From positions 1,280,001 to 1,344,000 of the forward strand of contig CAWELD010000003.1 of the NCBI GenBank assembly GCA_963809895.1: 64,000 nt of DNA, in the 5' to 3' direction. The notes below the pieces were generated by a model. The model was not told where the DNA came from, searched no databases, and was given only the letters and a program-made list of their open reading frames with translations. The DNA comes from an uncultured Gemmatimonadales bacterium (GTDB lineage Bacteria; Gemmatimonadota; Gemmatimonadetes; Longimicrobiales; Gaopeijiaceae). How positions within the stretch are numbered: the first letter of the stretch is position 1; every line of letters begins with the position of its first letter. Positions 30,787 through 39,224 of this stretch are shown here, piece by piece. The translations under genes were made by a program, and so were the position numbers.

Positions 30787-31779
30787 CTACCAGCGCAGGA
30801 CCATGGCGCCCCACGTGAGGCCCGCGCCGAACGCGGCGCTCAACACGTTGGTGCCCGGTTGGATGAGCCCCTGCTCCACCGCCTCGTCCAGCGCGACGGG
30901 AATCGTCGAGGAGCTCATGTTGCCGTACCGATCGACGTTGACGAAGACCTTCTCCATGGGAATGCCCGCGTATTTCGCCGTGGCCTCGATGATGCGGATG
31001 TTGGCCTGGTGCGGGACCATCAGGTCGATGTCGTCTCCGGTGAGACCCGCGCGCTGCAAGGCGAAGTCCGAAGCCTCCGCCATGGAGCGCACCGCGGCAC
31101 GGAAGACCTCCCGTCCGGACATCTTCACCAGATGGTCGCGGCGCTCGAGGACGCCGGCATCCATGGGAATCGCCGCGCCGCCCCCGGGTCGATAGAGCAG
31201 CTCCGACAGCTTGCCGTCGGAGCGATGGTAGCTGCTCACCAGGCCACGACCGTTGGAGGACGGACGCAGGACCGCCGCCCCCGCACCGTCGCCGAAAAGC
31301 ACGCAGGTGGAGCGATCGGTCCAGTCCACGATGGCACTCATCTTCTCGCTGGCGACCACCAGGGCCACCTCGCCCCGGCCAGCGGCCAGGTACCCTTCCG
31401 CGAGGGAAAGGCCGTACAGCCAGCCCGAGCATGCCGCGGACACGTCGAAGGCCATGGCGTTGGTGCATCCCAGCAGCGCTTGCGCATCGCAGGCGGTGGA
31501 GGGCAGCAGCCGGTCCGGCGTGGCCGTGGAGAGAATGATGATGTCCACCTCGCCGGGCTCGACGCCCGCCCGCTCCATGGCCTGTCGCGAGGCCTCGGCC
31601 GCCATGAAGGCCGCCGAGGTATCCTCGTCGGCGATGCGGCGCTCGCGGATGCCGGTGCGCTCCTGGATCCACTGGTCGTCGGTATCGACCAACTGCTCCA
31701 GGTCGTGGTTCGTCACCACCCGATCCGGCAGATACCGGCCGGTCGAGACGATCTCCACGATGGGCTTCGGCTTCTTCAT
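30787..31779 (-). CDS. fabH: Beta-ketoacyl-ACP synthase III
   Basis: AACSG, LFGDGAGA, PHQANIRII, YGNMSS, FGAGLTWG. Confidence 0.96.
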   Translation of the reverse strand: MKKPKPIVEIVSTGRYLPDRVVTNHDLEQLVDTDDQWIQERTGIRERRIADEDTSAAFMAAEASRQAMERAGVEPGEVDIIILSTATPDRLLPSTACDAQALLGCTNAMAFDVSAACSGWLYGLSLAEGYLAAGRGEVALVVASEKMSAIVDWTDRSTCVLFGDGAGAAVLRPSSNGRGLVSSYHRSDGKLSELLYRPGGGAAIPMDAGVLERRDHLVKMSGREVFRAAVRSMAEASDFALQRAGLTGDDIDLMVPHQANIRIIEATAKYAGIPMEKVFVNVDRYGNMSSSTIPVALDEAVEQGLIQPGTNVLSAAFGAGLTWGAMVLRW

Positions 31780-32783
31780 TCCACGGGCTCCTCTCCGGAT
31801 CGGGACTTCGCGTCCGCCAGCTCGGAAGTCATGTCGCCGACCACGTCGCTACGCACGGCCTGGGCCGCCACCCGCACCGCGTTGCGAATCGCCTTGGGCG
31901 GGGACCCACCGTGGCAGATGATGGAGACGCCGTTGACTCCGAGGAGCGGCGCTCCTCCGTATTCCGAATAGTCCAGGACCCGGAGGATGCCATCCATGTC
32001 CATCTCCATCCGGTTCCGGTCGAGCTCCCGCGTCAACAGGCCCACGATGAACTGCGCCACGGACTCGTAGAACTTGAGCAGCACGTTCCCCACGAAGCCA
32101 TCCGCCACCAGGACGTCGCAGCTTCCCTGCACGATCTCCCGGCCTTCGATGTTGCCGACGAAGTTCAGGTTGCCGTCCGCCGCCAGCAACCGGTAGGCCT
32201 CCACCGCGCGCTCGTCACCCTTCTCCGGCTCCTCGCCGATGTTCAGGAGGCCGACCCGGGGGCGCTCCACGCCCAGCGCGTCCTTGACGTAGATCTGGCC
32301 GAGGTGCGCGAACTGCAGGAGATGGCGCGGCTTGCAGTCCACGTTGGTGCCGGCGTCCAGGAGCAAGACCGGCTGAGCGCGCGTGGGGAGAAAGGTGGCG
32401 ACAGAGGGCCGTTCGACCCCGGGCAGCGGGCGAAGCACGAAGAGCGACGCCGCCATGACGGCTCCGGTGGAACCGGCGCTGATGAACGCGTCCGCTTCGC
32501 CGTCACGCTGTAGCTTCAACCCGACCACGATGGAGGAATCGGGCTTGCGACGCACCACCGCGGCCGGGGAATCGCCGGCCAGGACGCGGTCCGGCGCATG
32601 ATGCACGTGGAGCCGATCCTTCGGATAGCCCTCGTGCTTGGCCAACTCCGCCTCGATGATCGCCTCGTCGCCGACGAGGACGATTTCGAGATCCGGATCG
32701 AGCTCTCGCAACGCTCCGACCGCGCCCGCTACCTCGGTCTCCGGAGCGTCGTCGGTGCCCATGGCATCGAGCGCGATGCGCAC
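31776..32783 (-). CDS. plsX: Phosphate acyltransferase
   Basis: IALDAMG, SAGSTGA, LLNIGEE, DGFVGN, YGGAPLLGV. Confidence 0.95.
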   Translation of the reverse strand: MRIALDAMGTDDAPETEVAGAVGALRELDPDLEIVLVGDEAIIEAELAKHEGYPKDRLHVHHAPDRVLAGDSPAAVVRRKPDSSIVVGLKLQRDGEADAFISAGSTGAVMAASLFVLRPLPGVERPSVATFLPTRAQPVLLLDAGTNVDCKPRHLLQFAHLGQIYVKDALGVERPRVGLLNIGEEPEKGDERAVEAYRLLAADGNLNFVGNIEGREIVQGSCDVLVADGFVGNVLLKFYESVAQFIVGLLTRELDRNRMEMDMDGILRVLDYSEYGGAPLLGVNGVSIICHGGSPPKAIRNAVRVAAQAVRSDVVGDMTSELADAKSRSGEEPVE

Positions 32784-32796
32784 GGGGCCCCCCCTG

Positions 32797-32979
32797 TCAG
32801 AAGGTGTCGACGTCGATGACCGCCTCGCCCCGGTAGTATCCGCACCCCGGGCACACCCGATGCGGCTGCTTCGGGTCGCCGCAACGGGGACAGGTGTTCA
32901 GCGTGGGCGTCTCCGCCTTGTAGTGCGTCCGGCGCTTGCGCTTGCGCTGCTTGGACGTCCGCTTCTTGGGAACCGCCAT
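32797..32979 (-). CDS. rpmF: 50S ribosomal protein L32 (zinc-binding form)
   Basis: [14 protein letters not shown]...CPGC. Confidence 0.96.
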   Translation of the reverse strand: MAVPKKRTSKQRKRKRRTHYKAETPTLNTCPRCGDPKQPHRVCPGCGYYRGEAVIDVDTF

Positions 32980-32986
32980 GGTGGCC

Positions 32987-33499
32987 TCACTCGTTCTTCA
33001 GCGCCCGGAGAGCGTCCCAGCGGGGATCCAACTCGTCCAGGGTGCAGTCACACGTCTCTTCGTTCAGGTTCACGCCGCAGTGCGGGCACAGCCCCTTGCA
33101 CTCCGGGTCACAAACGACATAGCGGTCCGTCTTGAGGATCAATTCCTCGCGGACCGCGTCGGACAGGTCCAGGGTCCGGGCCGTCGGCGGCAACGTCCGC
33201 GTCTCGCCCTCTTCCCCGGACTCCAGGTCGTCAGGAGGTGCGTAGACCAGGGTCACGTCTTCCCGGACGGGCACCTCCACCAGCTCCAGGCACCTGCGAC
33301 AGGGCTCGATGCGCCGGGCCTCGAGGGTGCCACGAACCACGACCTCACCCGAGCCGGCCTCGTGCGCGACCAGGCGCACCCGAACCGGCCCGTCGAATCG
33401 GAGATCACTCCCTTCCCAGAGGGGGTCGTCCGCAGGCACATCGGCCTCGACGGGGAGCGTCCCCTCCCGCTCGAGCCGAGCGAGATCGAGCTTGAGCAT
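32987..33499 (-). CDS. yceD: YceD/DUF177 family protein
   Basis: [25 protein letters not shown]; directly upstream of rpmF. Confidence 0.9.
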   Translation of the reverse strand: MLKLDLARLEREGTLPVEADVPADDPLWEGSDLRFDGPVRVRLVAHEAGSGEVVVRGTLEARRIEPCRRCLELVEVPVREDVTLVYAPPDDLESGEEGETRTLPPTARTLDLSDAVREELILKTDRYVVCDPECKGLCPHCGVNLNEETCDCTLDELDPRWDALRALKNE

Positions 33500-33507
33500 A
33501 GCTTGGT

Positions 33508-33536
33508 AAGCTAGTCGGCACTCGCGGGCGTGTCAA
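33508..33536 (-). promoter_or_regulatory. Sigma70-type promoter of the yceD-rpmF-fab operon, probably leaderless
   Basis: TTGACA (33536-33531), 17 bp spacer, TAGCTT (33513-33508), then 8 nt to the ATG; no Shine-Dalgarno. Confidence 0.7.
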
Positions 33537-33562
33537 CGCGAAACAGGGCCCTCGAAAACCGG

Positions 33563-34759
33563 TCAGGAGGCCGCCAACCGCTCCGCCTCCAGGGCGATGA
33601 CCAGCTCCTCGCCGGTGCGCACGACGGCGAGTCCGACGGAGCCCCGATGAAAGGTGCCTTCGCGCCCTCCCGTCAGGGTCTCGTTCGCCTCGTCGTCGAC
33701 CTCGATCCCCAGGAATCCCAACTCCTCGAGGCAGCGCTTCCGCACCACCGCCGAGTTCTGGCCGATCCCGCCCGTGAACCCCACCAGATCCAGGCCGCCC
33801 AGCGCGGCCGCGTAGGACCCGATGTACTTGCGAACACGATACGTGTAGACGGCGATCGCCAGCGCCGCGCGCTCGGATCCCGCGGCCTCCTCCTCCAGCA
33901 CGTCACGCATGTCCGAGGAGATGCCGCTGAGTCCCTGAATGCCCGAGTGCTTGTTCAGGAGCGCGTTGGCGTCGGCGACGCTGAGCTCCTCGCGTCCCAT
34001 GACGTACAGGATGACCGCGGGATCCAGGTCGCCGGACCGGGTGCCCATGACCAGACCCTCCAGCGGTGTGAAGCCCATGGAGGTGTCCACCGAGCGCCCG
34101 AAGCGCACCGCGCAGGCCGAGGCACCGTTCCCGAGGTGGATGGAGATGGTGCGCAGCTCCTCCGGCGGCCGGCCCAGCAAGCGCGCGGCGCGACGGGTCA
34201 CGTGCTGATGGCTGGTCCCGTGAAAGCCGTAGCGGCGAATGCGATAGCGCCGGTAGAGGACGTGGGGAATTCCGTAGTGGTAGGCCGTCGGCGGCAGGGT
34301 GGCGTGGAAGGCCGTGTCGAACACCGCCACGTGCGGTACGTCCGGCAGACGCTCCCGAGCGGCCAGGATCCCCGCCAGGTTGTGGGGATTGTGGAGCGGC
34401 GCGAGCGCGATGCTGTCCCGGATTCTCTCCAGGATGTCGTCGTCGATGAGCACGGCGTCCGTGAACCCTTCCCCACCGTGCACCACCCGGTGTCCCACCG
34501 CCTGGATCTCCGACAGATCGGCCACCGCCCCGCTGTCCGCGTCCGCGACCAGGTCCAGGATGGCGCGGATGGCGTCCCGGTGGTCCAGGATGGCCGCGGA
34601 CTGGCGGATGCGGCGGCCGTCGGAGCGTTCCTGGCTGAGGAGGGCGCCGCCGGCGCCGATGCGCTCGACGATCCCCACCACCAGCGCCTCCTCGGCGTCG
34701 GTGTCCACCACCTGGTATTTCACCGAGGAGGAGCCCGAGTTGAGGACCAGGACCTTCAT
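33563..34759 (-). CDS. ackA: Acetate kinase
   Basis: VLNSGSSSVKY, GHRVVHGG, APLHNP, FDTAFH, RYGFHGTSH, HLGNGAS, DTSMGFTPLEG. Confidence 0.95.
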   Translation of the reverse strand: MKVLVLNSGSSSVKYQVVDTDAEEALVVGIVERIGAGGALLSQERSDGRRIRQSAAILDHRDAIRAILDLVADADSGAVADLSEIQAVGHRVVHGGEGFTDAVLIDDDILERIRDSIALAPLHNPHNLAGILAARERLPDVPHVAVFDTAFHATLPPTAYHYGIPHVLYRRYRIRRYGFHGTSHQHVTRRAARLLGRPPEELRTISIHLGNGASACAVRFGRSVDTSMGFTPLEGLVMGTRSGDLDPAVILYVMGREELSVADANALLNKHSGIQGLSGISSDMRDVLEEEAAGSERAALAIAVYTYRVRKYIGSYAAALGGLDLVGFTGGIGQNSAVVRKRCLEELGFLGIEVDDEANETLTGGREGTFHRGSVGLAVVRTGEELVIALEAERLAAS

Positions 34760-35679
34760 GACAGGAAGGGCTCCAGACCCGGCCGACCGAGGTCGGGATC
34801 ACCGTCCTGCAGGCGGGCGCCGGACGCGTCGTAGCGGTAGAAGCCCCGACCGCTCTTTTCACCCAGAAGACCGCGCGTGACCATCTGGCGCAGGAGCGGA
34901 CAGGGTCGGTACTGGGGGAGGCCCAGCTCACCCCACAGCGACTCCAGGGCGCGCAGAATCGAGTCGAGCCCCATTTCGTCGGCGAGCGCCAGGGGACCGA
35001 GCGTCCAGCCGAAGCGGAGCTTCATGGCCCGATCGATGGCGTCGCGGGTGGCCACGCCCTCCATGAGCGTGTGGACCGCCTCGTTGATGAGGGCGAGGGT
35101 GAGCCGTGTGGTGACGTAGCCCGGGTATTCGGAGACCTCGATGATTTCCTTGTCCAGGAGCTCGGCGATCTCGCGCGCCACCCCCAGGGCCTCCTCTCCG
35201 GTTTCCCGGCCCCGGACCAGCTCGACGGCCGGGGTGCGGGTGACGGGATGCAGAAAATGCAGGCCCACGAGAAAGGGCCGTCTGGGAGGCGTCAGCACCG
35301 CCGCCAGGTCGGTGACCGACAGCGTCGACGTGTTGGTGACCAGGACCGTGCCGGGCTGACAGCAACGGTCCAGATCCCGGAGCAGCGCCTCCTTGTCGCG
35401 CCGGTTCTCCTGGATCGCCTCCAGCACGACCTCGAGCTCCTGCACCGCTTCCAGCGACACCCGCCCCCGGATCCGGGCCAGGACGGCGTCCCGTTCCGCC
35501 TCGGTGATGGACCAGCGCGCGATGTCGCGATCCATGCCTTCGCGGAGCTGCTCCAGGGCCCACTCCAGCCGGTGATCGGAGGCCTCGACCAGCACCACGT
35601 CCACACCGGCGTGCGCGAACGCCCGCGCAATACCCCGTCCTGCCGTCCCCCCACCTACGATGCCGATGGGACTCTGCAT
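34756..35679 (-). CDS. 3-hydroxyacyl-CoA (3-hydroxybutyryl-CoA-like) dehydrogenase family protein
   Basis: GGGTAG, EAIQE, TNTSTLS, GLHFLHP, GPLALADEMGLD, LGEKSGRGFY. Confidence 0.88.
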   Translation of the reverse strand: MQSPIGIVGGGTAGRGIARAFAHAGVDVVLVEASDHRLEWALEQLREGMDRDIARWSITEAERDAVLARIRGRVSLEAVQELEVVLEAIQENRRDKEALLRDLDRCCQPGTVLVTNTSTLSVTDLAAVLTPPRRPFLVGLHFLHPVTRTPAVELVRGRETGEEALGVAREIAELLDKEIIEVSEYPGYVTTRLTLALINEAVHTLMEGVATRDAIDRAMKLRFGWTLGPLALADEMGLDSILRALESLWGELGLPQYRPCPLLRQMVTRGLLGEKSGRGFYRYDASGARLQDGDPDLGRPGLEPFLS

Positions 35680-35695
35680 GGCTCGCCTCCCCAGG

Positions 35696-36121
35696 TCAGC
35701 CTTCGATGGCCAGCCGGTCGAAGCGGGAAAAGAAGAAGGCGATCTCGGTGGCGGCGTTCTCGTCGGAGTCGGACGCGTGGATCGCGTTGCGTCCCTTGGA
35801 TTCGGCGTAGAGCCGGCGCACGGTGCCCTCGGCCGCCTCGGCGGGATCGGTGGCGCCGATGACCTCCCGCAAGCGCCCGACGGCGTCCTCCGCCTCCAGG
35901 ACCATGGGGATGCACGGACCCGACGTCATGAACTCCACCAGCTCGGCGTAGAAAGGCCGCTCACGGTGCACCTCGTAGAAGGCACCGGCCTGCGCGCGGG
36001 ACAGCCGCGTCATGCGAAGAGCGCGTACCGTGAACCCGGCGTTCTCGAGGTGGGCGAGGACCTTGCCGGCTTTGCCGGCGCCGACGGCGTCGGGCTTGAT
36101 GATGGCGAGGGTATGGCTCAT
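35696..36121 (-). CDS. ndk: Nucleoside diphosphate kinase
   Basis: [29 protein letters not shown]. Start ATG 36121. Confidence 0.96.
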   Translation of the reverse strand: MSHTLAIIKPDAVGAGKAGKVLAHLENAGFTVRALRMTRLSRAQAGAFYEVHRERPFYAELVEFMTSGPCIPMVLEAEDAVGRLREVIGATDPAEAAEGTVRRLYAESKGRNAIHASDSDENAATEIAFFFSRFDRLAIEG

Positions 36122-36173
36122 GGGTCGTCCCATTTGTTGGAATCGTGTGGTGTCTTCGGATCGAGGTCGGCCG

Positions 36174-37061
36174 TCAGGGGCCGAACAGCAGGCGCAGCAC
36201 CGCGTCGCGGGTCAGGAAGCCCACCAGCTCCCCTTCGCGCACCACCGGTAGCTGCTCCACGTCGCGGTTGACCATGAGGGTCGCGGCATCCATGAGCGGC
36301 TGCTCCTCGGAGACGCACATCACCGTGCGGGTCATGACGTCCCGCGCCGAGAGATCCCGGCCCTCGTGGCCCTCCTCCTTGCCTTCGGTGGATCGCCGCC
36401 GCGGCAGGAGGTCCCGCAGCGCGTCGCCGGAGGTGATGATGCCCATCACCTCGTAGCCTTCTCCCACCACGGGCACGGCGTGGAGCTCCCGGCGGACCAT
36501 CAGGTCCACGACCTCGTCCAGTGGCGTGTCGGGGTACACCCGGTAGGTCACCGGCGTGAGCGCGGCTTCCACCCGGATCCGCTCGGCCAGGGCGACATCC
36601 AGGAGCCCGTCGATCTCCCGCACCTGATCCGCCGATCTCGCCTCGGCGAGGCGCGAGCCGTGACGGGCCTCCTTCAGGTAGTCCGTGAGCGGCGGAATGG
36701 TTTGTGCCTTGAAGCTGGGCAGGCGCCGCGACGTGACGAACAGGAACACGATCCGGACCGGCGCGGAGTCGTCGCGACCCTCGCCGGTGACGGCCAGCGG
36801 CTCGGGCGAAATGCCCAACACGGCCCTGGTGCCCACCGGCTCGTCGCGTCCGTACAGCACCGCCACGGCGTCGGGCGCGAGACGAACGACCTCGCCGGCG
36901 CTGGCGAAGGCCAACGCCCGGGCGAGCTTGCCCCGGCGCTCCGCGTCCAGACCCTCGTCGTCAGGCAGCGCGCCGAGCAGCTCGCGCAGCGCGCCGGCCA
37001 GGTCGCGGGCGTCGAGCGGAACCCGGATGCCGTCGGGAACGAGGTAGTCGTCGAGTGTCAT
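36174..37061 (-). CDS. Degenerate PTS IIA-like domain fused to a tandem CBS pair (295 aa)
   Basis: N-terminus resembles PTS EIIA type-2 (LDDYL...IRVPL...[19 protein letters not shown]); CBS motifs HAVPVV...MGIITSGD and QLPVV...VGFLTRD. Start ATG 37061. Confidence 0.75.
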   Translation of the reverse strand: MTLDDYLVPDGIRVPLDARDLAGALRELLGALPDDEGLDAERRGKLARALAFASAGEVVRLAPDAVAVLYGRDEPVGTRAVLGISPEPLAVTGEGRDDSAPVRIVFLFVTSRRLPSFKAQTIPPLTDYLKEARHGSRLAEARSADQVREIDGLLDVALAERIRVEAALTPVTYRVYPDTPLDEVVDLMVRRELHAVPVVGEGYEVMGIITSGDALRDLLPRRRSTEGKEEGHEGRDLSARDVMTRTVMCVSEEQPLMDAATLMVNRDVEQLPVVREGELVGFLTRDAVLRLLFGP

Positions 37062-37101
37062 GATGACGCCGGGCGGCCTCTCGGACCGCCCGGCTCGCCC
37101 G

Positions 37102-37986
37102 TCAGGGGAGGGCGTTCCGGACGAGCTCGGCGATCTCCACCGGACGCTTCGCCACGGCAATCCCGTTGTCCTCGAAGGCCTGCATCTTCTCCGCCGCCGT
37201 GCCCGCCGAGCCGCTGATGATGGCTCCGGCATGGCCCATGCGCCGTCCGGGCGGTGCGGTCTGCCCGGCGATGAAGCCCACCACGGGCACATCGATGTTC
37301 TCCTTAACGAATTCCGCGGCCTCCTGTTCGTCGGTGCCTCCGATCTCACCGATCATGACGATGGCCTCGGTGTCGGGGTCGTTCCGGAATGCCTCCAGGC
37401 AGTCCACGAACCTGGTCCCGATGAGCGGATCACCCCCGATGCCCACGCAGGTGGTCTGACCGAGACCGGCCTGGGTCAGATGATAGACGGCCTCGTACGT
37501 GAGCGTGCCCGAGCGAGACACCAGCCCCACCGGCCCGGGCGCCACGATCTGACCGGGCAGGATGCCCACCTTCGCCTTTCCGGGCGAGATGAGTCCTGGA
37601 CAGTTCGGGCCCAGGACCCGGGCGCCGCGGTCCCGCGCGTAGGCGTGGGCCCGGGCCATGTCCTGGACCGGAATCCCCTCGGTGATGGCCACGATGAACG
37701 AGATGCCGGCATCGGCCGCCTCCATGATCGCTCCCGCGGCGAAGGCCGGCGGCACGTAGATCACGGAAGTGTTGGCACCGGTGGCCGTCACGGCCTCGTC
37801 CATGGCGTTGAAAATGGGCACGCTCTCGCCGTCGGAGGCCTGAAAGGTCTGGCCACCCTTCCCCGGCGTCACGCCGGCCACGACGACGGTCCCGTACTCC
37901 ATCATCTGATGCGTGTGAAACGATCCGTCCCGGCCGGTGATCCCCTGGACCACCAGGCGGGTGTTCTCGTCGATGAAGATCGACAT
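37102..37986 (-). CDS. sucD: Succinyl-CoA synthetase alpha subunit
   Basis: [33 protein letters not shown]. Confidence 0.97.
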   Translation of the reverse strand: MSIFIDENTRLVVQGITGRDGSFHTHQMMEYGTVVVAGVTPGKGGQTFQASDGESVPIFNAMDEAVTATGANTSVIYVPPAFAAGAIMEAADAGISFIVAITEGIPVQDMARAHAYARDRGARVLGPNCPGLISPGKAKVGILPGQIVAPGPVGLVSRSGTLTYEAVYHLTQAGLGQTTCVGIGGDPLIGTRFVDCLEAFRNDPDTEAIVMIGEIGGTDEQEAAEFVKENIDVPVVGFIAGQTAPPGRRMGHAGAIISGSAGTAAEKMQAFEDNGIAVAKRPVEIAELVRNALP

Positions 37987-37996
37987 GTCGTCGCTC

Positions 37997-39133
37997 CTAT
38001 GCCTGATGGGCGAGCTGGACGGCCTTCTCCACGACCTCGTCCATGGAGGTGTAGGCCGAAAAGCCCGCCTCTTCGAGAATCCCGAGAGCCTGCTCTTCGT
38101 TGGTGCCGGTGAGGCGGATGACGATGGGCACCTGGATGTCGATGTTCCGCGTGGCCTCGACGATGCCGTTGGCCACGTCGTCGCAGCGGGTGATTCCGCC
38201 GAAGATGTTGAAGAGGATCACCTTGACCCGCGGGTCGGCGGTGATGATCTCCAGGGCGTTCACCACCTTGTCGGGGTTGGACGAGCCGCCGATGTCCAGG
38301 AAGTTGGCCGGCTCACCCCCGTAGTACTTGACCAGATCCATGGTGGCCATGGCCAGACCGGCTCCGTTCACGCAGCAACCCACGTCACCGTCGAGCTTGA
38401 CGAAGCTGAGCCCGGCTTCGCGCGCCTTGGTCTCCGCCGGTGGCTCGTCGGAGGAGTCCCGGTAGGCCGCCACGTCCGGCCGCCGGAAGAGCTCGTTGTC
38501 GTCGATGCTCACCTTGGCGTCGATGGCCTTGACCACGCCCGACGGCGTGGTGATCAGGGGATTGATCTCCGCCATGCTGGCGCCGGACGACACGAAGGCC
38601 TCGTAGAGCTGTCCCATGACCTTCGCGGCCTGCTTGATGATGCCCGGCTCGTCGTAGAGCGAATTGGCCAACCAATAGGCCTGGTGCGGCAGCAGCCCGT
38701 AGCGGGGATCCACGGTGAGCTTGCGGATGGCATCGGGCTTGGTGCGGGCCACCTCCTCGATGTCGATCCCGCCCTCGGCGGAGACCATGAACATGGGAGC
38801 CTGGCTGTTGCGGTCGACCAGAACGCCCACGTACGCCTCCGAGGCGATGTCCTCCGCGGGCGTGATCAGGACCTTCTGGACGGTGAGGCCCTTGATGTCC
38901 ATGCCGAGGATGTTGGCGGCGTGCTCCCGGGCCTCCTCCGGGCTCTTGGCCAGCTTGACGCCGCCGGCCTTGCCCCGTCCTCCGGAGTGGACCTGGGCCT
39001 TCACCACCACCATGCCACCGTATTCGCGCGCGGCGGACTCCGCCTCGTCGGGCGTCGTCACGACCTTGCCGGGGGGCACGGGCATGCCCGCGCTCCGGAA
39101 GATCTCCTTCGCTTGATATTCGTGGAGATTCAT
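37997..39133 (-). CDS. sucC: Succinyl-CoA synthetase beta subunit
   Basis: [41 protein letters not shown]. Start ATG 39133. Confidence 0.97.
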   Translation of the reverse strand: MNLHEYQAKEIFRSAGMPVPPGKVVTTPDEAESAAREYGGMVVVKAQVHSGGRGKAGGVKLAKSPEEAREHAANILGMDIKGLTVQKVLITPAEDIASEAYVGVLVDRNSQAPMFMVSAEGGIDIEEVARTKPDAIRKLTVDPRYGLLPHQAYWLANSLYDEPGIIKQAAKVMGQLYEAFVSSGASMAEINPLITTPSGVVKAIDAKVSIDDNELFRRPDVAAYRDSSDEPPAETKAREAGLSFVKLDGDVGCCVNGAGLAMATMDLVKYYGGEPANFLDIGGSSNPDKVVNALEIITADPRVKVILFNIFGGITRCDDVANGIVEATRNIDIQVPIVIRLTGTNEEQALGILEEAGFSAYTSMDEVVEKAVQLAHQA

Positions 39134-39224
39134 ATCGTTCGCAGTCCTTTGCAGATCGCTGAGATCAGCTCGTGGGCAGGCTGCAGCCACAGCCTACCGA
39201 AGCTACCGACCCCCCTTGGGGGGA

